Shown: positions 8,425-19,435, counted from the first letter of the stretch. The stretch is DNA of 64,000 nt from an uncultured Nitrososphaerota archaeon (GCA_963718895.1 CAVRAG010000008.1:1312001-1376000), one strand, 5' to 3'. Numbers and translations are program-made. The notes: generated by a model not told the origin, from the sequence alone.

Positions 8425-10068
8425 TCACATGCCACCCATGCCGCCCATTCCTCCCATGCCGCCTGGGCCTCCCGCTCCGCCTGGAGGCTCCTTGGACTTG
8501 GTGGAGGCTATGACGTCGTCGATGCGGAGTATCATGCACGCAGACTCCGTGGCGGCCTTGAGAATCTGCAACTTGACCGCCGTCGGTTCTACCACCCCCC
8601 TGTTCCACATGTTGGCCACCTTCCCTGACAGCGCGTCGACTCCGGCCCACTTCTCGCCCTTGCCGTGCCTTGCCCTGAGGTCGACCTGGGTGTCGATCGG
8701 GTCCATTCCTGCGTTCTCAGCGAGTATCGTCGCGATTGTCTCGATTGCCTCTGCGTACCTGAGCGCCGCGAGCTGCTCCCTTCCGGAGAGCTTCTGGGCC
8801 CACGCCCTGACCTGGCTCGCTACCTCGACCTCTGGGGCTCCCCCACCGGCGACGATCGACGGCATCTCAACGACGTCCTTCGTCACCATGATGGCGTCGT
8901 GAAGGGCGCGCTCGGCCTCGTCCACGACCCTCTGCGATCCTCCCCTCACGAGGATTGTGACCGCCTTGGGGTTCTTGCATCCCTCGATGAAGACCCACTT
9001 GTCCTCCTCGATCTTCCTCTCCTCTGCGAGCTTGGCCTGTCCGAGGTCCTTCGCGCTGAGGTCGTCCAGGTTCGTCACGATCCTCGCGCCGGTGGCCTTG
9101 GCGAGCTTGCTCATGTCGCTCTCCTTCACCCTTCTTACCGCCATGATGCCTGCCCTTGCTAGGTAGTGCTGGGCGACGTCGTCGATGCCCTTCTGGCAGA
9201 TTACCAGGTTGGCTCCAGCATTCTCGATCTTCTCCACCATCCCCTTCAGGATGCTGTTCTCCTCGTCTAGGAACTTCTGCATCTGGTCGGGGTCGTTGAT
9301 CCTGATCTCAGCGCTGAACTCCGTCTTCTCGATCTCCAGCGGAGAGTTGATGAGTGCTATCTTGGCGCCCTCGACCTTCTTGGGCATGGCCGAGTGGACT
9401 ATCTCCTTGTCGAGCGCGATTCCGGAGATGAGCTTGGTGTCGACCATCGAGCCGCCTGCCTTCTTCTCCACCTTCACGTTGTCGATGTCGACCTTGTACC
9501 CGGTCTCGGTCTTCTCGGCGACCTGTGTCACCGCGTCTACGACAAGCGAAGCGAGATGCGGTGCGTCGTCAGAGACCAGCTTGGTCATCATGCTGGTGGT
9601 CGCGATTTTGAGCAGGTCGGCCTTTGACGCGGGATCGACCTTCTCCGCGATGCTCTCCAGGACCTGCTGCGCCTTCTCTAGCGCCTTCATGTAACCGTCA
9701 ACGACCACCGTCGGGTGGACGTCTTTGCTGATCAGTTCCTCGGCCTTCTCGAGCAGCGCTCCGGCGAGTATTACGGCGGAGGTCGTGCCATCACCGACCT
9801 CGTTGTCGGTCGCCTTCGAGACCTCGACGAGCATCTTTGCCGCCGGGTGCTGGACGTCGATCTCCTTGAGCATGGTCGCGCCGTCGTTGGTGATCGTGAC
9901 GTCGCCGAGCGAGTCGACGAGCATCTTGTCCATGCCGCGGGGGCCCAGAGAACTCCTTACGATCTCCGAAATCAGCTTGGCAGCCTGGATGTTGTTCCTC
10001 TGAGCTTCCCTTCCCTTGGTCTCGCCTGTCCCTTCCTTTAGAATAATGTACTGTGGACTACTGGACAT
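8425..10068 (-). CDS. ths: Thermosome (group II chaperonin) subunit, paralog 2
   Basis: SLGPRGMDKML, GDGTTS, ERALHDA, GGM-repeat tail. Confidence 0.97.
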   Translation of the reverse strand: MSSSPQYIILKEGTGETKGREAQRNNIQAAKLISEIVRSSLGPRGMDKMLVDSLGDVTITNDGATMLKEIDVQHPAAKMLVEVSKATDNEVGDGTTSAVILAGALLEKAEELISKDVHPTVVVDGYMKALEKAQQVLESIAEKVDPASKADLLKIATTSMMTKLVSDDAPHLASLVVDAVTQVAEKTETGYKVDIDNVKVEKKAGGSMVDTKLISGIALDKEIVHSAMPKKVEGAKIALINSPLEIEKTEFSAEIRINDPDQMQKFLDEENSILKGMVEKIENAGANLVICQKGIDDVAQHYLARAGIMAVRRVKESDMSKLAKATGARIVTNLDDLSAKDLGQAKLAEERKIEEDKWVFIEGCKNPKAVTILVRGGSQRVVDEAERALHDAIMVTKDVVEMPSIVAGGGAPEVEVASQVRAWAQKLSGREQLAALRYAEAIETIATILAENAGMDPIDTQVDLRARHGKGEKWAGVDALSGKVANMWNRGVVEPTAVKLQILKAATESACMILRIDDVIASTKSKEPPGGAGGPGGMGGMGGMGGM

Positions 10069-10085
10069 ATAGAATTCGCATCAGC

Positions 10086-10106
10086 TATACAACTTCGAGT
10101 TGTATA
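10086..10106. promoter_or_regulatory. Perfect palindrome overlapping the thermosome promoter (candidate repressor site)
   Basis: TATACAACT-TCG-AGTTGTATA, 18-38 nt upstream of the ATG at 10068, abutting TATATA. Confidence 0.6.
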
Positions 10107-10189
10107 TATGATTTTTGTTCTCGCCAGAGCGGAAGAACGACGGGAACTCCCGGGCACGATTATATCCCTCGCCTCCGGACCGGAGAGCC

Positions 10190-11116
10190 TTGGATTTCAT
10201 CAGGAACTGCGGCGTGATGGTCGAGCCCCAGGAGGGCATGGCCGTCGAGGAGCTTCTGGATGTTGCGAGATTCGCAGAGAAGAGCGGCTACGGCTACTTC
10301 TTCCGCTCCGATCACATTCTCCCGACCACCCGCACGAAGGGCCTGGACTCGCCCGAGTGCTGGACCACCCTCGGCGCGATCGCTGTGCACACAAGGAGGA
10401 TCAAGTTCGGGCCGATGGTCTCGCCGATTGGCTTCAGGAACCCCGCGCTTCTCGCGAGGATGGCGTGCACGGTCAACTCGCTCGCCCACGGCAGGCTCCA
10501 GCTGGGAGTGGGCGCGGGGTGGTACGAGGACGAATACCGGGCACATGGAATTGAATTCCCGGATGTGAAGGTCCGCATGAAACAGTTCAGGGAAGCCCTC
10601 AGGATAATCCGGCCGCTGACGCAGGAGAGAAGGGTAGACTTCGACGGGAAGTTCTTCTCGGCGCACCTGGGCGGCCTTCCGAAGCTGAAGGAGAAGATCC
10701 ATCTGATCATCGGAGGGAGGGCCAGGTCCGCCGTCCGGAACACGGTTGACTACGGCGACGAATGGAACTACTTCTCGGCTGTTCCAGAGGATTTCGATAT
10801 GCTGAAGAGCACCCTCGATGGGAGTGAGAGGCACCTCGAGATCTCGCGGATGGGCTCGTTCGTGGTCGCCGAAAGCGCCTCCCAGCTCAAGGCCAGGCTG
10901 CGCAGGGAGATGCGCAAGAAGGGCGTGAGCAAGGACGAAGACGCGTACGCCCGCGACCTCAGGAAGAGCGGCTGGCTGGTAGGTACAAGGGCCGACTTCC
11001 CTGAGAGCGTCAACAAGCTCAGGGAACGGGGCGTCGAGAAGTTCTACTTTCAGACCTGGGAGACCAAGGACAGGGGACAGCTGGGGCTCCTGGCCCGAGT
11101 GCTCAAGGGCATGTAG
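10190..11116 (+). CDS. LLM-class (luciferase-like) flavin/F420-dependent oxidoreductase
   Basis: FFRSDH, ECWTTLGAIA, FRNPALLARM, GRLQLGVGAGWYEDE; start approximate. Confidence 0.9.
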   Translation: MDFIRNCGVMVEPQEGMAVEELLDVARFAEKSGYGYFFRSDHILPTTRTKGLDSPECWTTLGAIAVHTRRIKFGPMVSPIGFRNPALLARMACTVNSLAHGRLQLGVGAGWYEDEYRAHGIEFPDVKVRMKQFREALRIIRPLTQERRVDFDGKFFSAHLGGLPKLKEKIHLIIGGRARSAVRNTVDYGDEWNYFSAVPEDFDMLKSTLDGSERHLEISRMGSFVVAESASQLKARLRREMRKKGVSKDEDAYARDLRKSGWLVGTRADFPESVNKLRERGVEKFYFQTWETKDRGQLGLLARVLKGM

Positions 11117-11161
11117 ACTCTACCAGAAGGTTTTAAGCCGATAACGTGCTAGTTCCTCAAG

Positions 11162-11629
11162 ATGCTCCAAGTTGGAATGAAGGCTGAGGAGTTCACCCTC
11201 TACGACGCGGACAAGAAGGAACGCAAGCTCTCCGAGTTCCTGACCAAGGGCAAGCGGACGATCTTGGCGTTCTATCCGGGAGCGTTCACCGGGGTCTGCG
11301 ACAAAGAGATGTGCACCTTCCGCGACATGTTCTCCGAGCTCGAGAGGCTGAACGCCAACCTCGTCGGGATCTCCGTCGACGCGCCCTGGGCGCAGAAGGC
11401 CTTCGTCGAGAAGTATGGCCTGAAGTTCCCCCTGCTCTGCGACTTCAATCTGGCAGTGATCCAGAAGTTCGGCGTGATGTGGAAGGGCCTTGGAGGCGTG
11501 AACGGCTACGAGTCATCAAACAGGGCAGTATTCGTCCTCGACGACGGCGGCAAGGTGCTGTACTCGTGGGCGGCCCCGAACCCCGGGGTCCTGCCCGACT
11601 TCGAGGAGATTAAGAAGAACCTGGTGTGA
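11162..11629 (+). CDS. Peroxiredoxin (AhpC/TSA, BCP-like)
   Basis: FYPGAFTGVCDKEMC PxxxTxxC motif, GISVD. Confidence 0.92.
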   Translation: MLQVGMKAEEFTLYDADKKERKLSEFLTKGKRTILAFYPGAFTGVCDKEMCTFRDMFSELERLNANLVGISVDAPWAQKAFVEKYGLKFPLLCDFNLAVIQKFGVMWKGLGGVNGYESSNRAVFVLDDGGKVLYSWAAPNPGVLPDFEEIKKNLV

Positions 11630-11666
11630 GTCCCGACCTAGGCGCGCACCCGAATCGCGCCAAGCG

Positions 11667-12152
11667 TTAACTGGATTCTTCTTCCTCGGTAGGTTCTGCT
11701 GCTCCGGCGGGTTGCCTCTTTCGCGTCGAGTGGAGGACGAACTTCAAGAGGGGTTCGCTGATGCTCATCGCGTCCCTCATCGAGATCATTCCGAGAGGCA
11801 CCCCTTCCTTGCTGACGACCGGGAGGTGGCGGACATTCGCCTTTGTCATCCTGTCCACGGCGGTGACTATGTTCTCGTTCGGGCTCGCCTTCAGGGATGT
11901 CTTCGACATGATGCTCGAGACTGGGATGCCCTTCCCCGTGAGAGACTTGGTGACCGAGAAGAGCACGTCGCGCTCGGTCACGATTCCAACCATTACCCCC
12001 GCCTTGTCGACGACTATGACGCTCCCTATGTTCCCCTCCCACATTGCCGATGCCGCCTCGTCTATCGTGGTATCCTCTGGGACCACCGAGGGCGGAACTT
12101 CCATCAGGTCCTTGGTCTTCATGCCCACCTGTCTGGATTTTGGTCTTGGCAA
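11667..12152 (-). CDS. CBS domain pair protein
   Basis: NIGSVIVVD...GIVTERD and VRHLPVV...GMISMRD. Confidence 0.9.
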   Translation of the reverse strand: MPRPKSRQVGMKTKDLMEVPPSVVPEDTTIDEAASAMWEGNIGSVIVVDKAGVMVGIVTERDVLFSVTKSLTGKGIPVSSIMSKTSLKASPNENIVTAVDRMTKANVRHLPVVSKEGVPLGMISMRDAMSISEPLLKFVLHSTRKRQPAGAAEPTEEEESS

Positions 12153-12255
12153 GGTTTTCGCCGCTGTCGATTGCGTGCCGCCTATTAATCATTCGGCGTG
12201 AACCGGGAGGGTCCGCGAAGCTCGGCTGCCGGGTTGGTCCTCCCGGGTCCTGGCA

Positions 12256-12588
12256 CTATCGCTTCTTGATGTTCGTCACGAGGAGCTTGAACTGGAGGGT
12301 CTTCCCCACCATGGGGTGGCTCCCGACCTTGCCGTATGCCTTCTCCGGTGGAAGGGTGACCTCCTTCGTCTCGTTCACCTTCATCCCTAGCAGCGCTTCC
12401 TCGAAGCCGCTGATCACCTGGTGCGCCCCCAGAACGACCACGAGCGGCTTGTAGTCGCGCGCGGGGCTGAACAGGCCGGCCTTCTCAGCCTCGGACCTCA
12501 TGCTGGTGTCGAAGACCTTGCCGCCCGGGAACTTGCCGACGTAGTGGACCGATACCGTGTCTCCGTTCTGCGCAACCTGTTCGCTCAT
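12256..12588 (-). CDS. Short FKBP-type peptidyl-prolyl isomerase
   Basis: GDTVSVHYVG...VFDTS...VISGFEEAL...LPPEKAYG. Confidence 0.92.
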   Translation of the reverse strand: MSEQVAQNGDTVSVHYVGKFPGGKVFDTSMRSEAEKAGLFSPARDYKPLVVVLGAHQVISGFEEALLGMKVNETKEVTLPPEKAYGKVGSHPMVGKTLQFKLLVTNIKKR

Positions 12589-12717
12589 TCGAAACTCCAA
12601 GGGATTCCGTTCCTTCGATGGTCTTTAATGATTTTGCTTTCCTAAGGGAGCGGGAACCGATGACTAATGATAGATCTCCGCGAAATGGTATATACTGCGG
12701 AACCCGGTCGATGGTCG

Positions 12718-13197
12718 TTGCCCTTCTGCGCAAATTGCGGCAGGGAGCTCGCCGTTGATATCGCGTTCTGTCCGGAGTGTGGTTCCCAAATCCAGACTCA
12801 AGCGCAAGGCTCTGCCATGGCAGAGCCGGAAGCCTACAGGAGGGTAAATGTCTGGGCGGCCGTGGTGTTCTCGGTGGTGTTTCCAGGGCTGGGCCAGCTC
12901 TACCTGGGGGAGAGGAGGAGAGGGGCCTTGTTCGCGACAGTGGGCCTTGCGGTGCTTGGAACCATCCTCATCGAGATCGGTGTCATCGTCTATCCTCTCT
13001 TGCTGCTTGTCAGCGCTTTGGATGCACGCAGGTCTGGAGGGAGGTTCAACAGTGAAAGTGGCATGGCCGTCGGCGGTTCCACCTGGAAACGCGCCTCGAC
13101 TCTCCCGAATTATCCCTCCGTTGGTGTCCAGGAGGATGGGAAAGCTGATTCGTACGCGGTTGGAGCGTGTTCACAGGTGGGTGGTTCAGCGTGGTAG
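12718..13197 (+). CDS. Zinc-ribbon / TM2-like membrane protein
   Basis: FCANCG...FCPECG, then FPGLGQLYLGE TM2-like motif; may be joined to the next ORF by a frameshift near 13140-13150. Confidence 0.7.
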   Translation: MPFCANCGRELAVDIAFCPECGSQIQTQAQGSAMAEPEAYRRVNVWAAVVFSVVFPGLGQLYLGERRRGALFATVGLAVLGTILIEIGVIVYPLLLLVSALDARRSGGRFNSESGMAVGGSTWKRASTLPNYPSVGVQEDGKADSYAVGACSQVGGSAW

Positions 13198-13688
13198 AGA
13201 TCGCCCTCGGTTCCGTCGTCTCTCTCTGGCTACTCTTTGGTCTGGCCACGGGCATCATACTCGCGATAATCGTCCTGGTGACCGTTCTCTTCTCTCGCGA
13301 CCTGAACAGGGGCATAACGACGACGATCAGCGAGGTCATCCTTACAGGTCTCGGGGATAGGAAAGAGTCCTTTCTTGCAAACCTCGAGAAAGAACTGAAG
13401 AGGAGAGGCCTGATCCCCCGGGTCCCCCTTGAGAAGGAGGCCGATCTCATATACAGAGATTTCTTCAATGAGGTCAGGATCTACGCAACTCAGGAAGGCA
13501 CGGCCTTGAGGTTCGGCTTCCGCACCTCCGCGACATCGAGCGCCGTCACTCTCGGTGTCATTCTCCTGATACCTTTCGTCGTCGGCTCGGTGGTGCTCTT
13601 CGCCCTGGCCATCCTGAGGCGGAACAACACCCAGACGACCCTGCGCGAGGCGGGTCAGGCCGCTGAGCTACTCACACTCGGGACCTAG
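13167..13688 (+). CDS. Hypothetical membrane protein (start uncertain)
   Basis: Two hydrophobic hairpins; reading frame open from 13149. Confidence 0.6.
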   Translation: MFTGGWFSVVEIALGSVVSLWLLFGLATGIILAIIVLVTVLFSRDLNRGITTTISEVILTGLGDRKESFLANLEKELKRRGLIPRVPLEKEADLIYRDFFNEVRIYATQEGTALRFGFRTSATSSAVTLGVILLIPFVVGSVVLFALAILRRNNTQTTLREAGQAAELLTLGT

Positions 13689-13699
13689 GCCGAGGAAGG

Positions 13700-14092
13700 T
13701 CATGTTTGGGACCTTCCGCATACGGGACAGTACGTCTTGCTGCCCTTCAGGTCCGCGCCGCAGAACTTGCAGGACCCCGGCGGCCGGGGCGGTGGCGGTG
13801 GAGGCGTCTCGTCCTCGGCTTGCTTGGGCTCCTTGGGCTCCTTCGGCCTCCCATCTCCTCCGATCAGGACCAGGAGGACGCCGATGATTATCAAGATTGA
13901 CCCCGACGCGAGGTACCAGTCGGTGTTGCTGATCTGATTCACGAGGCCGGGAATGAAAGGGAGCGCGTTGACGAGGCTGTTGAGCGCACCCAGTTCGCTC
14001 TTCATCCAGACCTGTGCTCCGGAGACGTAGCCGATCAAGTATCCACCGGCCAGACAGAGAAGTCCTCCTATCAGGTGCGACTTCCGGGACAA
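13700..14092 (-). CDS. Membrane protein with C-terminal zinc ribbon
   Basis: Two TM segments, Pro-rich linker, CKFCG...CPVCG. Confidence 0.75.
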   Translation of the reverse strand: MSRKSHLIGGLLCLAGGYLIGYVSGAQVWMKSELGALNSLVNALPFIPGLVNQISNTDWYLASGSILIIIGVLLVLIGGDGRPKEPKEPKQAEDETPPPPPPRPPGSCKFCGADLKGSKTYCPVCGRSQT

Positions 14093-14299
14093 GATGGAAC
14101 GCCCCCTCTGTAACCCTATTTAAGCCGCTGCAGGGGCTGGACCGAAGAAGCGGAGCGCCGGTCGATTGCAAATGAAGCACCCTTGGAAGCGCAGAGTTGA
14201 GGCCGGGGCCGCAGGTTCGGTGCCCAGCCAGCGGTTAGGACGCAAGATTCCGACAAAACGGCTTTTAGCACACCATGGTAACGATTCCTTCGAGAGCGA

Positions 14300-15397
14300 A
14301 TGGAGAGTCGCGCCTACTTCGGACAGAGCAATCTCGTCGGCAACGGACGAGAGTATCTCAGGGCGGTCATGAATCGGGACAGGTCGTTCGACGGCGCGTT
14401 CGTCTTCGGCGTGAGCTCGACCGGAATCTATTGCCGCCCCTCCTGCCCTGCGCGAAGACCCCGCGCGGACAGGGTGCTTCTCTTCCCGAGCCCGGACGCC
14501 GCCGAGAGCTCGGGGTTCCGCGCATGCATGAGATGCAAGCCCAAGCAGGCGTCGCAGCGCGCGGAGCTGGTCGGGCGGGTCTGCGCACACATCCAGGCCA
14601 ACCTGAACGGGGACCTTGGACTTGCGGCCCTCGGGAAGAGGTTCTCGATGAGCCCCTATCACCTGCAACGAATCTTCAGCGAGGTCGTCGGCATGTCGCC
14701 TCGAAGGTACACGGAAGAGTGCCGCATAGTCAGGCTCAAGGAGCATCTAGGCGAGGGAGAGTCCGTCACCGGCGCCCTGCGGAAGGTCGGCTACAGTTCT
14801 CAGAGCTGGCTCTATGGCGACTCCACCGCCAAGCTGGGAATGACTCCCGGCGTCTACCGGAGAGGAGGAGATGGGATGAGGATAGTCTACCACATTGGGA
14901 GCTCCCCCCTTGGCAGGATGCTGGTGGCGACCACCGAACACGGAATCTGCATGGTGGACCTAGGAGAGAGCGACGCTAATCTGGTGAAGGCCCTACACAG
15001 GGAGTATCCCAAGGCAATCGTCGCAGAATCGAAGGAAGCGCGGGAATCCTTTGACGCGGTCCTGGGATACTTCAGCGGGCACGAGACGAAGACGCCACTC
15101 GACCTCCGCGGAACCGAGTTCCAGAGAAAGGTCTGGACGGCCCTGCAGACGATCCCCGAAGGGAGCGTCTGTTCCTACAGCGACCTCGCCGCTCTGATTG
15201 GGCAGCCGAAGGCCGTGAGGGCGGTGGCGAATGCCTGCGGAGAGAATCCCGTTCCCGTCATCGTCCCCTGCCACAGGGCGGTACGCAAGGACGGCGGTCT
15301 CGGCGGCTACGGGCTCGGACTCTGGCGAAAGAGGGCGCTGCTGGCAGAGGAGAAGAATCGGACGGGCCTCGCAGCCGCGTCCGCCGAAGACGCGTAG
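14300..15397 (+). CDS. ada: Ada-type bifunctional regulator / O6-methylguanine-DNA methyltransferase
   Basis: TGIYCRPSC...FRACMRC Zn site, AraC HTH (MSPYHLQRIF), C-terminal VPCHR active site. Confidence 0.92.
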   Translation: MESRAYFGQSNLVGNGREYLRAVMNRDRSFDGAFVFGVSSTGIYCRPSCPARRPRADRVLLFPSPDAAESSGFRACMRCKPKQASQRAELVGRVCAHIQANLNGDLGLAALGKRFSMSPYHLQRIFSEVVGMSPRRYTEECRIVRLKEHLGEGESVTGALRKVGYSSQSWLYGDSTAKLGMTPGVYRRGGDGMRIVYHIGSSPLGRMLVATTEHGICMVDLGESDANLVKALHREYPKAIVAESKEARESFDAVLGYFSGHETKTPLDLRGTEFQRKVWTALQTIPEGSVCSYSDLAALIGQPKAVRAVANACGENPVPVIVPCHRAVRKDGGLGGYGLGLWRKRALLAEEKNRTGLAAASAEDA

Positions 15398-15446
15398 CAT
15401 CGCGCGTGGGCCCTTTGGTGCCGGAGGGCCCTCAAGCGGACCTCCG

Positions 15447-15866
15447 CTATCGCCTGTCCCCCACCCGCCGGACAAACTTGAGGCCTGACCATGTTTCGTC
15501 GATGGCAGCTACTTTGACATCGACCAGACGATTGCCTAGCCCTGCCTCTCTGACGGCGACATCATCAAGATCGGTCTTGACCCCCGAGGAACGCTTCGGC
15601 CAGCAGACCCAGAGCACGCCTGATCGGGCCAGTTTCCCCTCGAGCGCCGGAAACTCGTCCTCCAGTTCCTCCTTGTCTGCAACGAACAGGAGAATCAGGT
15701 CTAGGAGGTAACCTGGGAGAGCTTCAGTGACGACGATTGACGGGGAATCGTACAGTTTCTCGTCGAAACCAGAGGGCGCGTTAAGGACGGCGACCCTTGA
15801 TCCTGCCTTGACCCCGAGCTTTTCTGAAAGAGGCTTCTTGGAGTAACGTTCAGCGTCGTGGGCCAA
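15447..15866 (-). CDS. DUF3052-like protein
   Basis: YSKKPLSEKLGVK, LWVCWPK, LVDVKVAAIDETWSGLKF. Confidence 0.75.
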   Translation of the reverse strand: MAHDAERYSKKPLSEKLGVKAGSRVAVLNAPSGFDEKLYDSPSIVVTEALPGYLLDLILLFVADKEELEDEFPALEGKLARSGVLWVCWPKRSSGVKTDLDDVAVREAGLGNRLVDVKVAAIDETWSGLKFVRRVGDRR

Positions 15867-15996
15867 GAGACGTCGTTGAGAAGGGATCGATATCAGCCTA
15901 TCTCCAGGGTATTGGCCCGCGGGCCTACGCGGCTTCGCCGGGGCAGGACTAGACTTCCGCCCCGGTGTCCGGCGAACACCCGAATCTGCCCCGAGA

Positions 15997-17344
15997 CTAG
16001 CTGGACAGGGGGATTATCATTTCGGCGTAGTTGTCGCAGAGGACGAGCACTTCGTTGTCCGCGGGGTCGAAGATCGAGGCGACTGGGAAATCGCTCGTAG
16101 CGCTGGATGTGATGATGGCGAGGTGAATCGTCTGGATCAAGCTCGCGGTGCTGGACACGATGTACGCGTACTGCCCCGGGCCCGATACGTAGACATCCTG
16201 GTTCGCGGAGTCGTAGGTCAGGCACGCAACGTCATAGCATCCGCTCTGGGTACAGTCGGCGGGGAGAATCTACGCTCCCGACTACCGTGTTGGTGGAGCT
16301 GCTTATCTCGGTAACGACGTTGGGACCAGTTGTACCCGGGTCGGTCCCCACGAACACATTGTTGTTGCTGGAGTCTAAGACCAATGCCCCCCCACTCTCC
16401 GTCCCGGGAAAGCCAATCCCACTCACCACGATTTCAGAGACGACTTGGTTGGAGGTATTGATGACGTACACCTCGGCCGTCTGTACTCCTGATACGAAGG
16501 CCGTGACTGTGACGTAGACGTCCTGGTTCGCGGGGTCGTAGACGGCGTTGCCCGCCTCACCCTGGATGGTGGTGATGAGAGAGTTGGTGACTCCGTTGAT
16601 GACCGTTATCCCGTACGGGTAGGTCGAATCGATGACGTATAGGTCCTTGTTCGCAGGGTCGTAGGTGATCCACATGGGCTGTTGTCCTGAAGCTATCGTC
16701 GCGACGACACCGTTGGTCGCGCTGCTGATCACCGAGACGGTGTTAGAGTCGTAGTTCGAGGCATAGACGTCCTGGCTCGCCGGGTCGTACGCCAAAATCC
16801 AAGGCCCTGAGCCCGCGGTTACTGTTGTGACCACGCTATCAGTCGTGGGATTGACCACAGCGACATAGCCGGGGTTGGTGCAGGAGACGTAGAGGTAGCC
16901 GTTCGCGGGGTCGTAGGCGAGATACTCCGGGTCGTTGCTCCCCCCTGTGCAGACGGGGAAGGTCTTGGACCAATTAGACCCGTTGATAGCGGTCACACCC
17001 TCCAGGTTGTTGAAGTAGGGGCTGTTCGCGTCGGCGACGTACACTAGTTTGTTTGAGGGATCATACGCCGCCTGGTTGGGTTGCAAAGGCCCAACGAGGA
17101 TGGGGGCGAACTGCGAGATCGGACCGGCACTGCTGGAAGTAGAGGTTGTCGTGGTCGTGCTGGATGTCGTTGACGTAGTCGATGTCGTGGAGGAGGTCGA
17201 GGACGAACTGGAGGTTCGGCGTGCCTGCCCGATGCCTGAACCTGTCTGACCGAATGAAACCTGGGCGACAAGTATTCCGATCATCAGGACGGCAATTATC
17301 GCGGTTGAGGCGGCCATTCCCCTTCGATTCTTGTTAGCCATCAT
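15997..17344 (-). CDS. Secreted YncE/YVTN-like beta-propeller surface protein, frameshifted at ~16268
   Basis: RRG|MAASTAII signal, Ser/Thr linker, repeated AYDPAN-x-x-[LV]YV blades; repeats continue in a shifted frame (LTYDSANQDVYV...FDPADNEV) to TAG at 15997. Confidence 0.8.
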
Positions 17345-17524
17345 AACGAGCAATACGAAGGAGCCGGCCCAAATTATTTATTCTTATTTCAAGATTCGTT
17401 CCAATTTGTTATGAATGTCAGAATGGTCGGCCGCAGCAGGCTCCCTCACGGGCTCTCGCGCGTAACAATCCTCCTATCGGGTTAAGTAACATCACCTGTT
17501 TCTAAGTGGGGTGCCGGTGGGGAT

Positions 17525-19358
17525 TTGGCGAACGAGTCTGCCGAACGCACAGAGGTGCTGACAGACCAGAGGCTAGTCATGGACAGGGCTCTCCGCATCT
17601 TTTCAAACGCAAAGGAAGGGCTTGACATACTTGCGGAGACGATGGCTCCGCCGCAATCAGACCAGTCTCAAGATGTTAAGAACGCGGCCGAGGCATACTT
17701 CGACATAAAGAAGCGGGGAGGGCACCTGCGGATACTCACCAAGATTGACGAGAAGAACGTTGCGTACTGTAAGGAGCTAATGAAGAGCCTAGAACTTCGC
17801 CATTTTGACGACGTAAAGGGTAGCCTTGCCATCAGCGAGAGCGAGTACATGTCGTCCCCGGGGAGTACAACATTTCAGCCTAATGCCATGGTCACGGTCA
17901 TCTATAGCAATGCCAGACCTCTGGTCGAACAGAACAGAGTCAACTTCGAAAGGCTCTGGAATATATCTACGTCTGCAGAGGAAAGAATCAAGGAAATTGA
18001 GGAAGGGGTCATTCAGCCCAAGATTGAGATACTACGCGACCCCTACCAGATTCAAAGGCTGTATGTCGACCTGGTCAGGCAAGCCAAAGAAGAGATTCTG
18101 ATAATCTTGCCGACTTCCAACGCATTCCGTCGCGACGAGAGAGTCGGGGTGATCGAGGCCCTGCAGGCCGCTGCATCAGAACGAGGGGTAAAGGCCAGCA
18201 TAGTCGCTCCAGATTCCTTGATTGGGGAGACTCTTGGAGCGTTGAACAGAAAGATCGACGCAAAGGTCGGCGAGAAGACTGGTAAACCACAGGCGTATCC
18301 TTGAAGCCACCACTCCGAATACTGTGGCTGTCCTCGTGGTCGACAGGAATGCCTCTCTCGTCATCGAGCAGAAGGACGATTCGCAACCGGATTTTGTTAA
18401 GGCAGTAGGCGTCGCCACCTACTCGACCAGGAACTCCACTGTGCTGGCAAACATTCGGTTCTTCGAGAGGATGTGGGAGGAGGTTGAACTCAGAGAGAGG
18501 GAAGAGGTTGTCCTGGAAAGGGAGAGACGCGCCAGAAAAGCAGCGGAGCTGTTGCAGGACATCCTGGCGCACGACATCAGGAACTATAACCAGATTTCCC
18601 TGACCAACGCCGAGCTGCTCAGGGGTAACCTTGAAGGCAGCGCCGAGGTAATGAGCAAGGCCACTACGCTCATCGACTCTGTCATCGATGAAACGGGCCT
18701 GTCCAGCGAGCTCACCGCGGTGGCACAGAAGCTGGGAAGGGATCTGAGCGGGAATATCAAGGTCCTGAGCGACGCAGATGCTCTCGTCGATAGCATCATC
18801 AGCGCCATAAAAGGCTCCAGCAACCTGATCGATAGAGCGAAGAAATTGGGAAGGATAATCTCCCAAGCCGAAATCGAGCTCCATCCTGTCGACCTCGAAG
18901 AATCGCTGCAAACATCGGTGGCCCTGATAATAAAGTCCCATCCTCAAAGGTCAATAAATCTCTCCGCCTCTGTGAAGTCGGGGGCACGTGTGCTCGCGGA
19001 CAACCTGTTGGAGGAAGCGTTCACGAACATACTGTCCAACTCGGTCAACTACACCGAGACGGATGAGGTCCCCGTTGAGGTCCAAGTGGAAGAAACCGAA
19101 GAAGCGATCCTTGATGCAAAAGGGGCGCCCTGCTGGAGGATTACGTTCACAGACCACGGAAGGGGCATACCGGACAAGGTTAAGGATAAGATATTCACGC
19201 GCTATCTTAACACCGCAACTGGAGCGGGCCTCGGGCTCTCGATAGTCTACGCGCTCGTAGTGGACAGGTATTCTGGGAAGGTGGCGATCACGGACAGGGT
19301 GAAAGGAGACTTCACGAAAGGGACGAAGGTGGAAGTGTGGTTACCGAAGGCGTCTTGA
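17525..19358 (+). CDS. Sensor histidine kinase (Nitrososphaera-like), frameshifted at ~18246-18279
   Basis: H-box AHDIRN, N-box NILSNS, DHGRGI, GAGLGL; VVDRNASLVIEQKDDS sensor motif; shifted frame LVNHRRILEATTPNTVAV links the two ORFs. Confidence 0.85.
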
Positions 19359-19435
19359 CCGTTCGACAGGTCTACCTGTCGAGTTTCGTCACCTCGACAA
19401 GGTCGGCCGGAGATTCTTCGGGAGAATCGAATCTG

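Noticed and set aside
15934-15993. GC-rich nested inverted repeats as a MITE or att site
   Set aside because: Single copy, no target duplication, located just after a stop codon; more likely a terminator-region hairpin.
17120-17215. Tandem-like low-complexity repeats (also ~24700-24780 and 8430-8490)
   Set aside because: They encode Ser/Thr linkers and the thermosome GGM tail.
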